64,000 nt of DNA from Octopus vulgaris (Eukaryota): positions 183,644,001 through 183,708,000 of the forward strand of contig OX597814.1 of NCBI GenBank assembly GCA_951406725.2, given 5' to 3'. A program made the position numbers and the translations under genes. A model generated the notes under the pieces. That model made no database searches. It saw only the letters and a list, made by a program, of their open reading frames with translations, and was not told the DNA's origin. Shown piece after piece: positions 64,000 through 64,000 of the stretch (position 1 is its first letter; the number at the start of each line of letters is the position of its first letter).

Positions 64000-64000
64000 A
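63949..64000. repeat. (GAAA)n microsatellite running off the window end
   Basis: Pure run. Confidence 0.98.

Overview
AT-rich, microsatellite-dense eukaryotic non-coding DNA. The SINE families and repeat landscape look like an octopus genome, which is an inference. I can support no intact host protein-coding exon, and almost all track ORFs are translations of microsatellites. The window is a mosaic of mobile elements: three tRNA-derived SINE families (about 25 copies, several with clear TSDs); decayed non-LTR retrotransposons (Tx1/L1, CR1-group, RTE, HERO, R4/Dong); Penelope-like element (PLE) RT and GIY-YIG remnants; Tc1/mariner-superfamily remnants; a hAT MITE; and four Helitrons. Best leads: (1) a ~2 kb, apparently full-length, ORF1-only Tx1/L1-like retroelement with a 16-bp TSD, inserted in a SINE head (6629-8607); (2) several non-coding PLE/retrozyme-like inserts in microsatellites carrying type I hammerhead folds, including one with a 69-nt stem II (60070-60163, mirror copy 59397-59490) and a U4C core variant (10175-10233); (3) a 3' module (GCTATTTCTAGCA-like motif plus a covarying hairpin) shared by otherwise dissimilar inserts; (4) an old degenerate ~42-bp tandem array (about 50200-52260). 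All folds and family calls were made by eye and have not been computed.
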